A DNA stretch of 62,792 nt, counting the filler, from Octopus bimaculoides (taxonomy: Eukaryota), in assembly GCF_001194135.2 (NCBI RefSeq). It is 7 parts of 7 records of this genome, joined end to end, with 100 filler letters (N's around TTAATTAATTAA, not from the genome) between each part and the next. Parts side by side here need not be neighbours in the genome. Positions count along the whole stretch, not along the records: positions 37,342 to 44,627 come from NC_068999.1; positions 44,728 to 52,064 come from NC_069001.1; positions 52,165 to 54,923 come from NW_026412654.1; 4 more parts are not named here. One strand, given 5' to 3'. Positions 38,702 through 53,154 of this stretch are shown in pieces. Position 1 is the first letter of the stretch, and every line of letters begins with the position of its first letter. The notes beneath the pieces were generated by a model that searched no databases, was not told the origin of the DNA, and worked only from the letters and a program-made list of their open reading frames with translations. The position numbers were made by a program, and so were the translations under genes.

Positions 38702-39665
38702 NNNNNNNNNNNNNNNNNNNNNNNNNNNNNNNNNNNNNNNNNNNNNNNNNNNNNNNNNNNNNNNNNNNNNNNNNNNNNNNNNNNNNNNNNNNNNNNNNNN
38801 NNNNNNNNNNNNNNNNNNNNNNNNNNNNNNNNNNNNNNNNNNNNNNNNNNNNNNNNNNNNNNNNNNNNNNNNNNNNNNNNNNNNNNNNNNNNNNNNNNNN
38901 NNNNNNNNNNNNNNNNNNNNNNNNNNNNNNNNNNNNNNNNNNNNNNNNNNNNNNNNNNNNNNNNNNNNNNNNNNNNNNNNNNNNNNNNNNNNNNNNNNNN
39001 NNNNNNNNNNNNNNNNNNNNNNNNNNNNNNNNNNNNNNNNNNNNNNNNNNNNNNNNNNNNNNNNNNNNNNNNNNNNNNNNNNNNNNNNNNNNNNNNNNNN
39101 NNNNNNNNNNNNNNNNNNNNNNNNNNNNNNNNNNNNNNNNNNNNNNNNNNNNNNNNNNNNNNNNNNNNNNNNNNNNNNNNNNNNNNNNNNNNNNNNNNNN
39201 NNNNNNNNNNNNNNNNNNNNNNNNNNNNNNNNNNNNNNNNNNNNNNNNNNNNNNNNNNNNNNNNNNNNNNNNNNNNNNNNNNNNNNNNNNNNNNNNNNNN
39301 NNNNNNNNNNNNNNNNNNNNNNNNNNNNNNNNNNNNNNNNNNNNNNNNNNNNNNNNNNNNNNNNNNNNNNNNNNNNNNNNNNNNNNNNNNNNNNNNNNNN
39401 NNNNNNNNNNNNNNNNNNNNNNNNNNNNNNNNNNNNNNNNNNNNNNNNNNNNNNNNNNNATATATATATATATATATATACATAAATAAATATACATATG
39501 TTTATACATATATAAAATTATAATAACAGGTGTATTTTATATGTATTTATGTATATGTAGATAAATATGCGTATATATACATATTGACACGCATTCATAT
39601 ATATGAATACTTGGGTACATATACTAGCATATATGAACACATACTATATACGTGAGTGTGTGTGT

Positions 39666-39743
<78 letters not shown>

Positions 39744-40656
39744 TAGATAGATAGATAGATAGATAGTGCGACAGGTTGAGGAACAGAGAGCGAGATGGAT
39801 AGAATAGATTGTTTTGAAGTTGGTTGGCATTAAGAAAGTTATAAACTTCGTGAAATGAATATCAACAGTTGATATCAAGTGCAAAAAGTTCGCTAGTACT
39901 TTACATATAAAACACGCGAAAGTTTCAAACGGTCCACATTTAAGTTAAATGTAACACAAATAAAAACGTTAAATAAATGCAAAAACTATAAAATAATTGC
40001 TTTCAACTTACAAGCTTTGTACAACAAGGGTAAGGAGGATCAAGGGTAGTCGATTTCTTTGAAGTACCATAATGTTCAGTATTCGCCAATTTCTTAATGT
40101 TCAGTATTCGCCGATTTCGTAATGAACAGGTAATTGTATAGGTATGCTTTACCTATAATGAATACCAAACAGATATATAGATATTTATATGTATTTATAT
40201 ATATTTATATGTATATAATGCGTTTAGTTTTTCTTGTATCATTAAGTACTTATGTACGTAAAAGCAAGCGTTAACTGATGGAGGTCGTGTATATGGTGTA
40301 AATATGTTTGCGCCTGTGCGTGCGTGATCTTTGAATTTCTTTTGAATTAAACTATAATTACTTTTGTTAATGTGGGTGTTTTGTTGTTTTGTTGTTGCTG
40401 TTGTTGTTGTTGTTGTTATTGAATAATACTTGTGAATGATGCTGTGTCTTATATAGTAGTGTAATAATGATTTACCTCTCACACCTGCCAGTACAGTGTG
40501 TGAATGAAAACACAGACCGTAACTCAGGCTTTGGGTTTTCTTAAGTAACACTTAATAACTTCAACCAATAATTTTTTCTGGATGTTCACTGAACGCCGTC
40601 CAAGACTTGTTATGGCTTGCTTTCCACTCGGATGTCATTCATATAAACCGACACAC

Positions 40657-40717
<61 letters not shown>

Positions 40718-40799
40718 TATAGTTATAAATATAGATATGGTTTTGCTATATGTACAATCATACAGTACACACTTACACACACGTACACACGCATGTAAT

Positions 40800-41595
40800 G
40801 AACACTAAATATAGAGAGGGGGCGAGGAAGAGAGAGAGAGGAGGAAAGAAAAAGGAGACAGAAGATGAAGATTTGGAGACGAAGAGAGGGGGAATAGAAG
40901 GGGATGTAGAAGGGGAGAAAGGGGGGATATTAAGTTTGGGTTTGTGTGTGGATGTGTATGAGAGATAGTAGGAGTCAGTGAGTGAGAGAATGAATGAGTG
41001 AGGCTTGAAAGATAGAAGAAAAGTAAGATAGAGAAAGAGAGTGACAAAGAGAGAGACACAAAGACGGGGATGGTGTTTGTATGTAAATATAGATTGGCAG
41101 GCAGGCTTGGGGGTGGGGTTTAGTTTCATACTACAAATATAGTGAATGGGAGGAGTGAAACTGGAATAGTAAAAAAAAAAAGCACAAAAACAATCAAAAG
41201 CAAGAGGAAAATTACAAAAACAAAATATGACACTGTAATTTGTAATATCAGGTGAAAAAGAGAGGAGGGTCAGAGTAGGGAATTAGAGTGGGGAGAAGTG
41301 AGAGGAGAAGGAAAGTGACGGGAGGAGGATGTCTATGAACTGTGGTAATGGATGTGATGGTGATGGTGATGGAGGTTGGCGGTGGTTGGTGGAGGTCGGT
41401 TGTTAGTTTAATAGCTTCTATGAATGAATGAATGGATAGATAACGAAAGTGAAAGTAGCAGCAGGAACAGCAAAGAACTGCAGCGACAGCGTCGGCAGTG
41501 CGAGCAGCAGCAGCAGCAGCAGTAACTTAGGCAATGAGAGACAGTAGTGATAGCTGAGCAGCAGTAAGAAGAGGAAAGCAGCAACAATACTTCTT

Positions 41596-41633
<38 letters not shown>

Positions 41634-42338
41634 TGGGGGTGGTGTTGCTGATGGCGGCGGTTTGGGTTTGCAAGTATTGTAAGAGAAAAGTAACGGTTGT
41701 TGTTGTCACGCTGTTTAAGTTTGTCACTTGTTACCGCTCGTGTAGTTGTTTTCTGCGTTTGTTAGAGTTTGTTGCTGAGGTTGATGTTTGTGGTGGCGCT
41801 GTTGTCGTGTGAGTAGGCAGATGCTGTCGTCGTCGTCGTCGTCGTCGTCGTCGTTGTTGTTGTTGTTGTTGTTGTCGGCGCCGGCGCTGGTGCTGGTGGC
41901 CCTGGTGGGGTTTTGTTGTTTGATGTAGTTATTGTCGTACACGTTACATGCGTTGATGCTGCTGTTGCTGTTGTTTTTGGCGCTACTGTTATCATTACTG
42001 TTATTATTATTATTATTGTTGTTGTTGTTGGAGGCGGTGGTGGCGGTAGTGGTGACGAGCGCAATATTGCTATCGGTGGTGTAGACACTATTACTTTTAG
42101 ATGTTGTTGTTATTGTTGTTGTGACTTTGTTGTTGTTTCTCTTCTTGTTGCTGTTGTTATCGCTGGTGCCTTGTTGTTGCTGTTGTTGTTGTTGTTGTTG
42201 TTGGGGGTTAGTGTTAGGGTGATAGCAATGGTGACCGCGTTATTGCATTTGGTGTTGTTTCATACTATTGTTATTGTTGTTGTTATTGTTAGGCTTGTAG
42301 TTACGTTTGTTGCTGTTACTGCCTCCGTTATCGTCGTT

Positions 42339-42376
<38 letters not shown>

Positions 42377-42530
42377 TGATATTGTTGTTGTTGATGTTCT
42401 CATTTTTTAGTTGTCTTGCAATTATTGCTGTGCTAGTTGTTATAATTGTTTTCATTACTTGGCGCATTTTTGCTGTTGTTGTTGTTTTTGGCAGTGCTGT
42501 AATTGTTCAGCACCATTGTTGTTGTTGTTG

Positions 42531-42577
<47 letters not shown>

Positions 42578-42610
42578 ATTATTATTATTATCATCATCAT
42601 CATCACTGTC
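40800..42610. repeat. Mosaic of purine-rich and trinucleotide simple repeats (AGC, TAG, GTT, GTC, TTA, CAT)
   Basis: Seen directly. All ORFs here are homopolymer artefacts. Confidence 0.9.
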
Positions 42611-42612
42611 AT

Positions 42613-43031
42613 TAAGGAGGCGAGATGGCCGAATCCTTAGAACACCTGACTAAATTCTTAGCGGCATTTCGTCCGTCGTTACGATCTGAGTTCAAATTCC
42701 GCCTAGGTCGACTTTGCCTTTCATCCTTTTGGGGGTCGACAAAATAAATACCAGCAGAGTACTAGGGTTGATGTAATCGACTATCCCCCTTCCCCACATT
42801 TCAGGTCTTGTGCCTTTAGATGAAAGCATTATTATCATTATTATTATCATTATTATTATTATTATTCGAGGTCGACTTTGCCTTTCATCCTTTTCGGGGT
42901 CGATAAATGAAGTACCAGTGAAATACTGGGGATCGATGTAATCGACTAGTCCTCTCTACCCAAATTTCAGGTCTTGTGCCTATAGTAGAAAGGATCATCA
43001 CCACCATCATCATCATCATCATCACCATCAC

Positions 43032-43076
<45 letters not shown>

Positions 43077-43129
43077 TATTATTATTATAATTATTATTAT
43101 TGTTATTATTATTATTGTTATTATTATTA

Positions 43130-43164
<35 letters not shown>

Positions 43165-43329
43165 TTCGATGTCGACTTTGCCTTTCATCCTTTCGGGGTC
43201 GATAAATGAAGTACCAGTGAAATACTGGGGTCGATGTAATCGACTTGCCCTCTCTACCCAAATTTCAGGTCTTGTGCCTATAGTAGAAAGGATCATCACC
43301 ATCATCATCATCATCATCATCACCATCAC

Positions 43330-43385
<56 letters not shown>

Positions 43386-43392
43386 CCATCAC

Positions 43393-43425
<33 letters not shown>

Positions 43426-43600
43426 TATTATTATTATAATTATTATTATTGTTATTATTATTATTATTTTCGATGTCGACTTTGCCTTTCGTCCTAAGGG
43501 GTCGATAAATTAAGTACCAGTGAAATACTGGGGTCGATGTAATCGACTAGTCCTCTCTCCCCAAATTTCAGGCCTTGTGCCTTTAGTAGACAGGATTATA
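42613..43600 (+). repeat. Tandem array of SINE family B: one full copy plus three headless bodies separated by (ATC)n/(ATT)n
   Basis: Bodies start at about 42867, 43165 and 43470 with cga(g/t)gtcgactttgcc. Confidence 0.9.
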
Positions 43601-44056
43601 ATAACGATAATAATTATTACTATTATCAATCTTGTTATTATTATTATTATTATCATTATTTTTATTATTATTATTATTATCATTATTTTTATTATTATTA
43701 TTATTNNNNNNNNNNTATTATTATTATCATTATTTTTATTATTATTATTATTATCATTATTTTTATTATTATTATTATTATCATTATTTTTATTATTATT
43801 ACTGGTATCATGAGTGATGCTTTTCGTTTCTTTATGTGTTTCAGTCACTTAACTTGCGGCCATTTTGGCGTTCCGCTTCGCTGGGTTCAGTCAAACAAGT
43901 CCAACGCATTGCCTCACCTTTTTCTTGAACCCCTTTTTAAGATAAATACTTATTCTATCCGCGTCTTTTGGCGAACTGCTAAGTTATGGGTCTTAAACAA
44001 ATCAACACCTCTTCAGAGGCGGTGGTGTGGGAACGTAATATTAGGATTAGTAGTTA

Positions 44057-44138
<82 letters not shown>

Positions 44139-44567
44139 TGTGGTGGTTGTTGTTCTTGGTGTTATTAATTTTGTGGTTGTTGTTGATGCTGTTGTTGTCG
44201 TTGTTGTTCGGGGGGGGGGGGGTCATGTTAGTCCCGTCGTTATTAGCGCCGTTTAACGACCATTAATCGTTCTTCTTCCTCTTACGATCACTACTGTCGT
44301 TGCTGTCAACGTTTGTCGTCCGTAATCGATTATCGATCGTCGCTAATAGGCTGATTGATAGTATTTCTAATTCAGGTGGCTGTGTTGCTTGTGTTGTTTA
44401 AGAATGATGTTTACACTTGTTATGTTGCTGTTGTAATCTGTTGTTGCAATGGTTGAGGTTGTGGTGTTGGTTGTAGTGGTGATGGTGGCTATTGTTTTGG
44501 TTACCATTTATACACCATGCATTCTCGTCATATCTATGTACGCATATAAGTGTAAGGGTATGTATGC

Positions 44568-44627
<60 letters not shown>

Positions 44628-44839
44628 NNNNNNNNNNNNNNNNNNNNNNNNNNNNNNNNNNNNNNNNNNNNTTAATTAATTAANNNNNNNNNNNNNNNNN
44701 NNNNNNNNNNNNNNNNNNNNNNNNNNNCATTAATGTTTTCGCCATGTACATATATGTGTATATATGCGTGTATACGTATATGCACTGATATGTGTATACG
44801 TGTGAATCTATGTATTTATGTGAGTATATGCGCGTGTCA

Positions 44840-44869
<30 letters not shown>

Positions 44870-44873
<4 letters not shown>

Positions 44874-45110
44874 CAATATGTGACCGCGTGTGCATCGTTG
44901 GCGATTTTCTTTCTCTGTCTTCCCTTCTTTGGACTTTTCCTATATTTCTGACGAAGAGCTCCGCTCGAAACGTGAAATCTTTCTTTTCTTTCGTTTCCTG
45001 AGCGTCCAATAACACTGTACTTATTCCACGTCCTTGCGTTGTTGTTTTTTCGTGTTTTTTCGTGGATTTTCGTGTTTTTTCGTGCTTGTTCATGTTTGAA
45101 TCGACTATAT
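44870..45110 (+). mobile_element. Penelope pLTR-like short repeat containing a minimal hammerhead (44944-44978)
   Basis: ATTT-CTGACGA-A-GAG-ctccg-CTC-GAAACGT-G-AAAT. The cleavage position is G, so it is non-cleavable. Confidence 0.7.
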
Positions 45111-46010
45111 ATATATATACGTACGGATACATATATGTATGTGCGTACTTGCATATATACACATTTTCTTAACTTTATTTATACCTTATAAATTAATATT
45201 CCATTCTTTTATTAACTATAAACTCTATTTAATTTATTCATTTATTGTTCTAATTCTATTTACCCACTCTGTCTTATCTCCAATCAACCTGCAAACCCAT
45301 CGCCCGAACATATAACAATACAAATCATAAACAGTGTCATTCAGTCTGCTATAATGAATCCATAAACACATATAAAACATCCAACGGTATATATTTTTCG
45401 TTTCTAATGATATTATGCTCAGGTCATATAAATTTAATATTAACTTAGTATTTACTGAGCATTAACTGAAACAGCTGTAAGGGATGATGATTGATTTGCT
45501 GTTAATAATAAACAATTATTAACTTCCCAATCTCTATTTTCTTTTTCTTCTTTTATATGAATATAAACTATATGTTTTTATATACCTATTATTTTAGGGA
45601 AATTAATTCCCGCAAAACACTAAGTATTGAACTAATATTTCCCTGGATGAAATCATCCCTTCATGAGGTTAACACAACCGCTAATCGAATTATATGTGTG
45701 TGTGTATACATATACCTATCTACTTACCTACACCCACACACATATATATACACACGTGTGTGTATATGATATATCTATTTATGGGTAATATATGCAATAC
45801 CATATCTATTACACTATCAATATATGTCACACACAAACACACACACACACAATATATGTTACACATACACTCACTAACACGCACGCGCAAACATATACAT
45901 ACATATGTATATTCCTATTGTCTATTTAACCTATAGTTCTCCCTGTCTCACACTCTCTCTGACACCATCCCTCCATTCCTTCAACTCTCTTTTGTTATCC
46001 CTTCCTTCTG

Positions 46011-46073
<63 letters not shown>

Positions 46074-46557
46074 TCTCTCTCTCTCTTCACTGTTTCCCTT
46101 CCTCCGTTTCTTGTCGTCGCCATATTTCTGTCGGTGGAAACATCCGGTGAAGTTCACAGCATCGGCACAAACAAATGCCTCAATTTAGTCTTGTCAAAAT
46201 CCATCCTCACAATATTTGTGTGTATGTGTATGTTTGTATATGTGTGTGTTTGCATGTGTATGAGTGCATGTATGTGTGTGTGCGCGTGCGTATATGTTGG
46301 CGTATATTTTCAAATTATTTTTCTGTAGCAGAAATAATAAGCAATGCATATATATATTTATATATACATGCAAACACATATATATATATTCATTCTTACA
46401 TATATATATTCATACATTTATGCATACACATATATAGATACATACATGCATACACACATACATAAACATATAAATACACATATTTATACTTATATGTGTA
46501 TGCACAATTGTGTGAACGTTTATGTCAGTGCATAAACGTATAGATAGATAGATAGAC

Positions 46558-46621
<64 letters not shown>

Positions 46622-46719
46622 GGTGAGAGAGAAAGGACATACACATATCTGTAAACATACGATACTTAAATAAACGTGTGCGTCTGTGTACGTCGTATGT
46701 ATATATGTGTGTATATATG

Positions 46720-46754
<35 letters not shown>

Positions 46755-47884
46755 NNNNNNNNNNNNNNNNNNNNNNNNNNNNNNNNNNNNNNNNNNNNNN
46801 NNNNNNNNNNNNNNNNNNNNNNNNNNNNNNNNNNNNNNNNNNNNNNNNNNNNNNNNNNNNNNNNNNNNNNNNNNNNNNNNNNNNNNNNNNNNNNNNNNNN
46901 NNNNNNNNNNNNNNNNNNNNNNNNNNNNNNNNNNNNNNNNNNNNNNNNNNNNNNNNNNNNNNNNNNNNNNNNNNNNNNNNNNNNNNNNNNNNNNNNNNNN
47001 NNNNNNNNNNNNNNNNNNNNNNNNNNNNNNNNNNNNNNNNNNNNNNNNNNNNNNNNNNNNNNNNNNNNNNNNNNNNNNNNNNNNNNNNNNNNNNNNNNNN
47101 NNNNNNNNNNNNNNNNNNNNNNNNNNNNNNNNNNNNNNNNNNNNNNNNNNNNNNNNNNNNNNNNNNNNNNNNNNNNNNNNNNNNNNNNNNNNNNNNNNNN
47201 NNNNNNNNNNNNNNNNNNNNNNNNNNNNNNNNNNNNNNNNNNNNNNNNNNNNNNNNNNNNNNNNNNNNNNNNNNNNNNNNNNNNNNNNNNNNNNNNNNNN
47301 NNNNNNNNNNNNNNNNNNNNNNNNNNNNNNNNNNNNNNNNNNNNNNNNNNNNNNNNNNNNNNNNNNNNNNNNNNNNNNNNNNNNNNNNNNNNNNNNNNNN
47401 NNNNNNNNNNNNNNNNNNNNNNNNNNNNNNNNNNNNNNNNNNNNNNNNNNNNNNNNNNNNNNNNNNNNNNNNNNNNNNNNNNNNNNNTATAGGTAATCAT
47501 AATGCAATTTGTCAAAAGAAGTGAAGTGTGCCTGTAACACTGCCTTATTACGGCGGTGAGCTGGCAGAAACTTTAGCACGCCAGGCGAAATGCTTAGTGG
47601 TATTTCGTCTGTCTTTATGTTCTGAGTTCAAATTCCGCCGAGGTTGACTTTGTCTGTCATTCTTTCTGGGTCGATAAATTAAGTACCAGTTGCGTATTGG
47701 GGTCGATCTAATCGATTGGCCCCCTCCTCAAATATTTCGTGCATTGTGCCTGTAGCAGAAAAAGAATATACTGCCTTATAGTAGAGGCACAAGCATTCTC
47801 ACGCGCTAGGCGAAAAGTTCTTAAATTATCGTAAACATTGCATTTTCTTTTACATCATATAACTTTATTTCACTTATTTTCATT

Positions 47885-48282
47885 TTCTATCCGTGAGCTT
47901 GGATGAGGGACCAACAACGTAACAAATATTTAGCCATATGTGGACATGATCCAAAAAGTTCAGTTCTTGAATTTAGACATGTAGCGGGGTCTAAGCTGCT
48001 TTTCCAGATGAGCCATCTTTCCATATCACAAAGACTGCATTTCGTATATGGTCCTTAAAAGAAAAAGGTGTCAATCACACCATCCATTGGAAGATCTTAG
48101 CCAAGTGTAAGCCCTACACCAACGGCAGTCTTTGTGATATGGAAAGATGGCTCATATGGAAAAGCAGCTTAGACCCTACTACATGTCTAAATTCAAGAAC
48201 TGAACTTTTTGGTTCATGTCCACATATGGCTAAATATTTGTTACGTTTTTGGTCCCCACCGCTACCAACATCACAGATAGAA
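47885..48282. mobile_element. Penelope GIY-YIG 3' fragment with an inverted duplication (hairpin, ~155-bp arms, 86-nt loop)
   Basis: The + strand reads WSLKEKGVNHTIHWKILAKCKPYTNGS..LNSRTELFGSCPHMAKYLL. 47885-48038 is the reverse complement of 48125-48282. Confidence 0.85.
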
Positions 48283-48992
48283 CCTGCTTTTTTATATTGT
48301 GTCCACGTACAAGCATTTTATCTGTTTCTTTATATATATATATATTTACATATCTTTACATATACTTTTATATATTTTTATTGCTTTATATATTTTTACA
48401 TATTTTTCTGTATATTACCTTTCACCCTGCATTTTTGTGCATGTGTGTATATAGATGTGTATATGAACATAATTGTGGGTAGATGTACGTGTATGTGTGT
48501 GTGTGTGCGTGTGTGCAGGTATGTATATGTGTACATGTGTATGGTTGCATATATATGTATACATATAGGTGTGTGTGTGGGTGTGGATGTATGTGTTTCA
48601 CGCGAGTGTGAGTGAGCATATGCATATATGCACATGTATGTGGGTGTGCGTGCGCGCATCTGTATGTACATGAGCGCATACGCGAATTCTATGAGCAGTT
48701 TTTACTTTCTCCCCTTTCAGGTTTTTTCCCTTTATTTAACGGTCATTCTAATAGCTCTTTTGTTTATCTTAATAACGGTTATCTTCAGACAAATTTCCCT
48801 TTGTTTAACGATCATTTTCATAGCATTTTTGTTTGTCTTAATAGCTGACGGGATACCGGAGCAGATTTTCGCCCCGACATCCGAAACTCGGAGTTTTATT
48901 ATGGCAACCAAATAATTGTCACATATTATATTACTCTATTTACATAATATCGAAGTCTCATTCATTCTTTTGTTGTCATACTATTACTATTA

Positions 48993-49023
<31 letters not shown>

Positions 49024-49042
49024 CATATGTAGCCACACACAC

Positions 49043-49095
<53 letters not shown>

Positions 49096-49424
49096 CAAAC
49101 AGATGGACGGCACGGACGGACAGACAGACAGACAGACAGACAGATAGATAGATAGTTTTGCATTCACATATAACCACATACATATATAAATAGCTGATGT
49201 TATAAGAATTTCATAAGCATTCGAGAGAATAATTCTGTTTTGGAGCACTGGATCTCGAAGCACATAAAGCTATGAATAGCAGCATGCAAGCAATGTGTTG
49301 AAAAGCCCATTTGGATGAAAAAATAGAAATGCAGTTCGTGGGAAACGAATTCTTATTTCCTACAAACATTACGTCTATTAGTTATGTGCTACTTGATCAA
49401 CTGAACCAATAAGTGTGTGTGTGC

Positions 49425-49471
<47 letters not shown>

Positions 49472-51759
49472 TGTGTGTGTGCGTGTGTGTGTGTGTGTTT
49501 TGCAAGATTCTTGATACGGAATCGTGTGTTGAAAGAGATTTTGTTATACTTGGGGACGGTCATATTTTGCCAGTTAATCACATGCATTATCTATCTGGTT
49601 TTCACTTCAACTTAAAAATAAAATAAGTAGGAGAAAAGGAAACACATGGGATACAGAGTCGCTGAAGAGGTCGCATGATGTGTGACGAAACAAGCTTTGA
49701 CAAGGAAACTAATATAATAAGAGTAACGCTGGTGTGAAGACCAAATATGTAGTGAATGCGTTTAATTAGCAAATTATGACCATTCCCAAATGAAACAATA
49801 CATACGTGCACACACACATATGCACACACGCACACACACACATCTATAAAACATTAAAAGTGAGCTTGAATCTTGCATGTTTGCTTGCTTGCAAAGTTAC
49901 CCAGCCAAACTGGCGCATAATGAGATATTACTATGATTTAAGTGTCCCCTTAAATGTGAAGACGAACGGTATAAAACAATTTTCGCGAAAAGCGGACAAT
50001 TGGTTATTGAGATATTAGCGGTTTTCGGGATATAAATTCCTAAAACGGTACATAATGGGGAAATTCTCCGAAAATAACTTACCTTTCGATTACTTTTCGA
50101 CTATACTCTTACCTTTCGATTAGACACAGTGGCTTGACAACAAGAAAATAGAATTTATTTTTTACAGTAATTGTTTCTATTTTCGCTTTTGTTAAACACA
50201 ATATTTTAATCATCAAGAAATATCTTTAAGTGAACGTGATTTCAAAAATGTAAGAGGTTGTACAGTATTTATATTTTAGCTTTCTTTAAACAGACAATAT
50301 TTTAATGTCTTATAATTATTTTGAAGTGAATACTATTACAAAATTTTTTTTTTTTTTGTATATTTAAAAAATATTTTTAAGCGAAAATGACTTAAAAGAT
50401 ACGGTAAATATTTCGCAAAAGACCNNNNNNNNNNNNNNNNNNNNNNNNNNNNNNNNNNNNNNNNNNNNNNNNNNNNNNNNNNNNNNNNNNNNNNNNNNNN
50501 NNNNNNNNNNNNNNNNNNNNNNNNNNNNNNNNNNNNNNNNNNNNNNNNNNNNNNNNNNNNNNNNNNNNNNNNNNNNNNNNNNNNNNNNNNNNNNNNNNNN
50601 NNNNNNNNNNNNNNNNNNNNNNNNNNNNNNNNNNNNNNNNNNNNNNNNNNNNNNNNNNNNNNNNNNNNNNNNNNNNNNNNNNNNNNNNNNNNNNNNNNNN
50701 NNNNNNNNNNNNNNNNNNNNNNNNNNNNNNNNNNNNNNNNNNNNNNNNNNNNNNNNNNNNNNNNNNNNNNNNNNNNNNNNNNNNNNNNNNNNNNNNNNNN
50801 NNNNNNNNNNNNNNNNNNNNNNNNNNNNNNNNNNNNNNNNNNNNNNNNNNNNNNNNNNNNNNNNNNNNNNNNNNNNNNNNNNNNNNNNNNNNNNNNNNNN
50901 NNNNNNNNNNNNNNNNNNNNNNNNNNNNNNNNNNNNNNNNNNNNNNNNNNNNNNNNNNNNNNNNNNNNNNNNNNNNNNNNNNNNNNNNNNNNNNNNNNNN
51001 NNNNNNNNNNNNNNNNNNNNNNNNNNNNNNNNNNNNNNNNNNNNNNNNNNNNNNNNNNNNNNNNNNNNNNNNNNAAAAGAATATAAGGATAAAAATCACG
51101 TTAATGATTTTTATCAAGTAGTCAGCATGCTATAAAAATTTATGGGCAATTAATACATTAAATTAATAATAATATACATATGTATATAATTATATTAAGT
51201 GAGCTAGGCCGAAAACGACCTGTCACTAGCATGCTTGAAGTGCCGATACCTTCAAAATACTACCAAAAACTCCAGCTAAATATACACATGGCTGAAAGCG
51301 GGCTAGTGAGAGGAAATTAAAAAGACCTCACGTTAATTGTGAATTGGTTCCAATTTCTGAATTTAAGCAAAAAATTGGCCTTCTTCCTTCGTTATATATA
51401 CATGTGTATGTGTGTATGTATACACACACACAAATACACACACCCACATATATATATTTATATTTATATATCAAGCATAAGATTTCGATGCTGCTGCAAA
51501 CCCAGATGGTCATAATTGTAAACACACGAGTACTTGAAACATCGATAAGTTTATTTAAAGCAATCTGTTGCCTTAAACAAAGTCACGTAGTCACGCTTTG
51601 CAACGTGTAGTTTAGTGGTGAGGCATTAATCGAATCGCGATCACTATGATTTAAGAATTTAAAGAATAAACGCGTAAACATTTAAATGCATAATTGGTTG
51701 AATATAGCGACCAAACCGCAGCTGTTGATTAAATATACATACAGTCTGTGATTGTGTGC

Positions 51760-51804
<45 letters not shown>

Positions 51805-53154
51805 CATACCTACCTACATACATATATACATATATAAATACATATATACATACGTATTGCGTGAGTGTGTATGTGTTTGTGTGTGCGTGTATATGCAGCC
51901 TGGGAATTTAGATGAAGTGGTCTCTCATTACACAAGGTATTGTGTCTCTATCAACAAATGAAGGAAACCAAAAGGATTGATCTCCCCACCACAACCGCCA
52001 TTACTTCCTTTCTCACTCTCTTGCTTTTGAAGAAGGAGGAGGCGGAGGAGGCGGAGGAGGCGGANNNNNNNNNNNNNNNNNNNNNNNNNNNNNNNNNNNN
52101 NNNNNNNNTTAATTAATTAANNNNNNNNNNNNNNNNNNNNNNNNNNNNNNNNNNNNNNNNNNNNTGGTGATGTGATGGTGATGTTAGACACAATAATGTC
52201 CTCCTAAACCTTTACTACAAGCATCTTAGAAGTAGTGGCAGCAGCAGCAATAAGTAGTAGTAGTAGTAGTAGTANNNNNNNNNNNNNNNNNNNNNNNNNN
52301 NNNNNNNNNNNNNNNNNNNNNNNNNNNNNNNNNNNNNNNNNNNNNNNNNNNNNNNNNNNNNNNNNNNNNNNNNNNNNNNNNNNAAATGGAGTTTGGAGTG
52401 AAGTTCTACCTCAGTCAAAAAAAATGAGTCAGCGATGTGAGTTACATTGGATTTAGACGCCTGAGACACAGTGCTGTATGTATGTTGACGCTGCGAATAT
52501 TCTGTAGTTGGCGGACCAAAATGAGAAATACCGTTGTATAATTCTTCCACCAACGGCTAGAAATAGCAGCCAAATCGCACTCTTACATCTGCCTTTAGGA
52601 AGGATATATTGGATAGTGTAGTCCGAGATGTAACACTAAAAATATGTGATGGTCTCCGTTGAAACGCCTTTCATTATATGCCTGTTCAATTGCCTCTCAT
52701 TATATGCCAATTGTATCAAAGTGGAACTAGGACTAAACAACAACTACTACTGCAACTAGTATTATTACTGCTACTACTGTAGCTGCATCTGGTGTCGCCA
52801 AACTGGGTGATCTTGGAAAGGAGTCTTGAAGTATGCACTTAAGACAAACAAATCTCCGTCGAATCACCCAACTGTCCTAAAAAAGGAAAAAGATTAGTTC
52901 TGGTTGTGCTAAACCTAGCAAAAGGACTGTACTGTCACAGCTAGTTGATGACTAATGGAGGTTAGCGGAATTGCAAGAAGCTGACAAAATACCTCAGGCA
53001 GTATTTAGATTCAGCCCTTTTGCAGTTTATATCCTGCTTTGTAATTCATCCGTTAGGAATCAATTGACCAAGGCCAGATCAAGTTCTTAGCAAATTTAAG
53101 CAGCTACATTTTTTTTACAAAAAGTTCTCCGTCTGTAGATATTAAGTACCTCAC

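Noticed and set aside
41380-42610. Pro/Thr/Gln/Asn-rich minus-strand ORFs resembling a low-complexity exon
   Set aside because: Frames are interrupted by stops and shift between repeat registers. Typical cryptic simple sequence.
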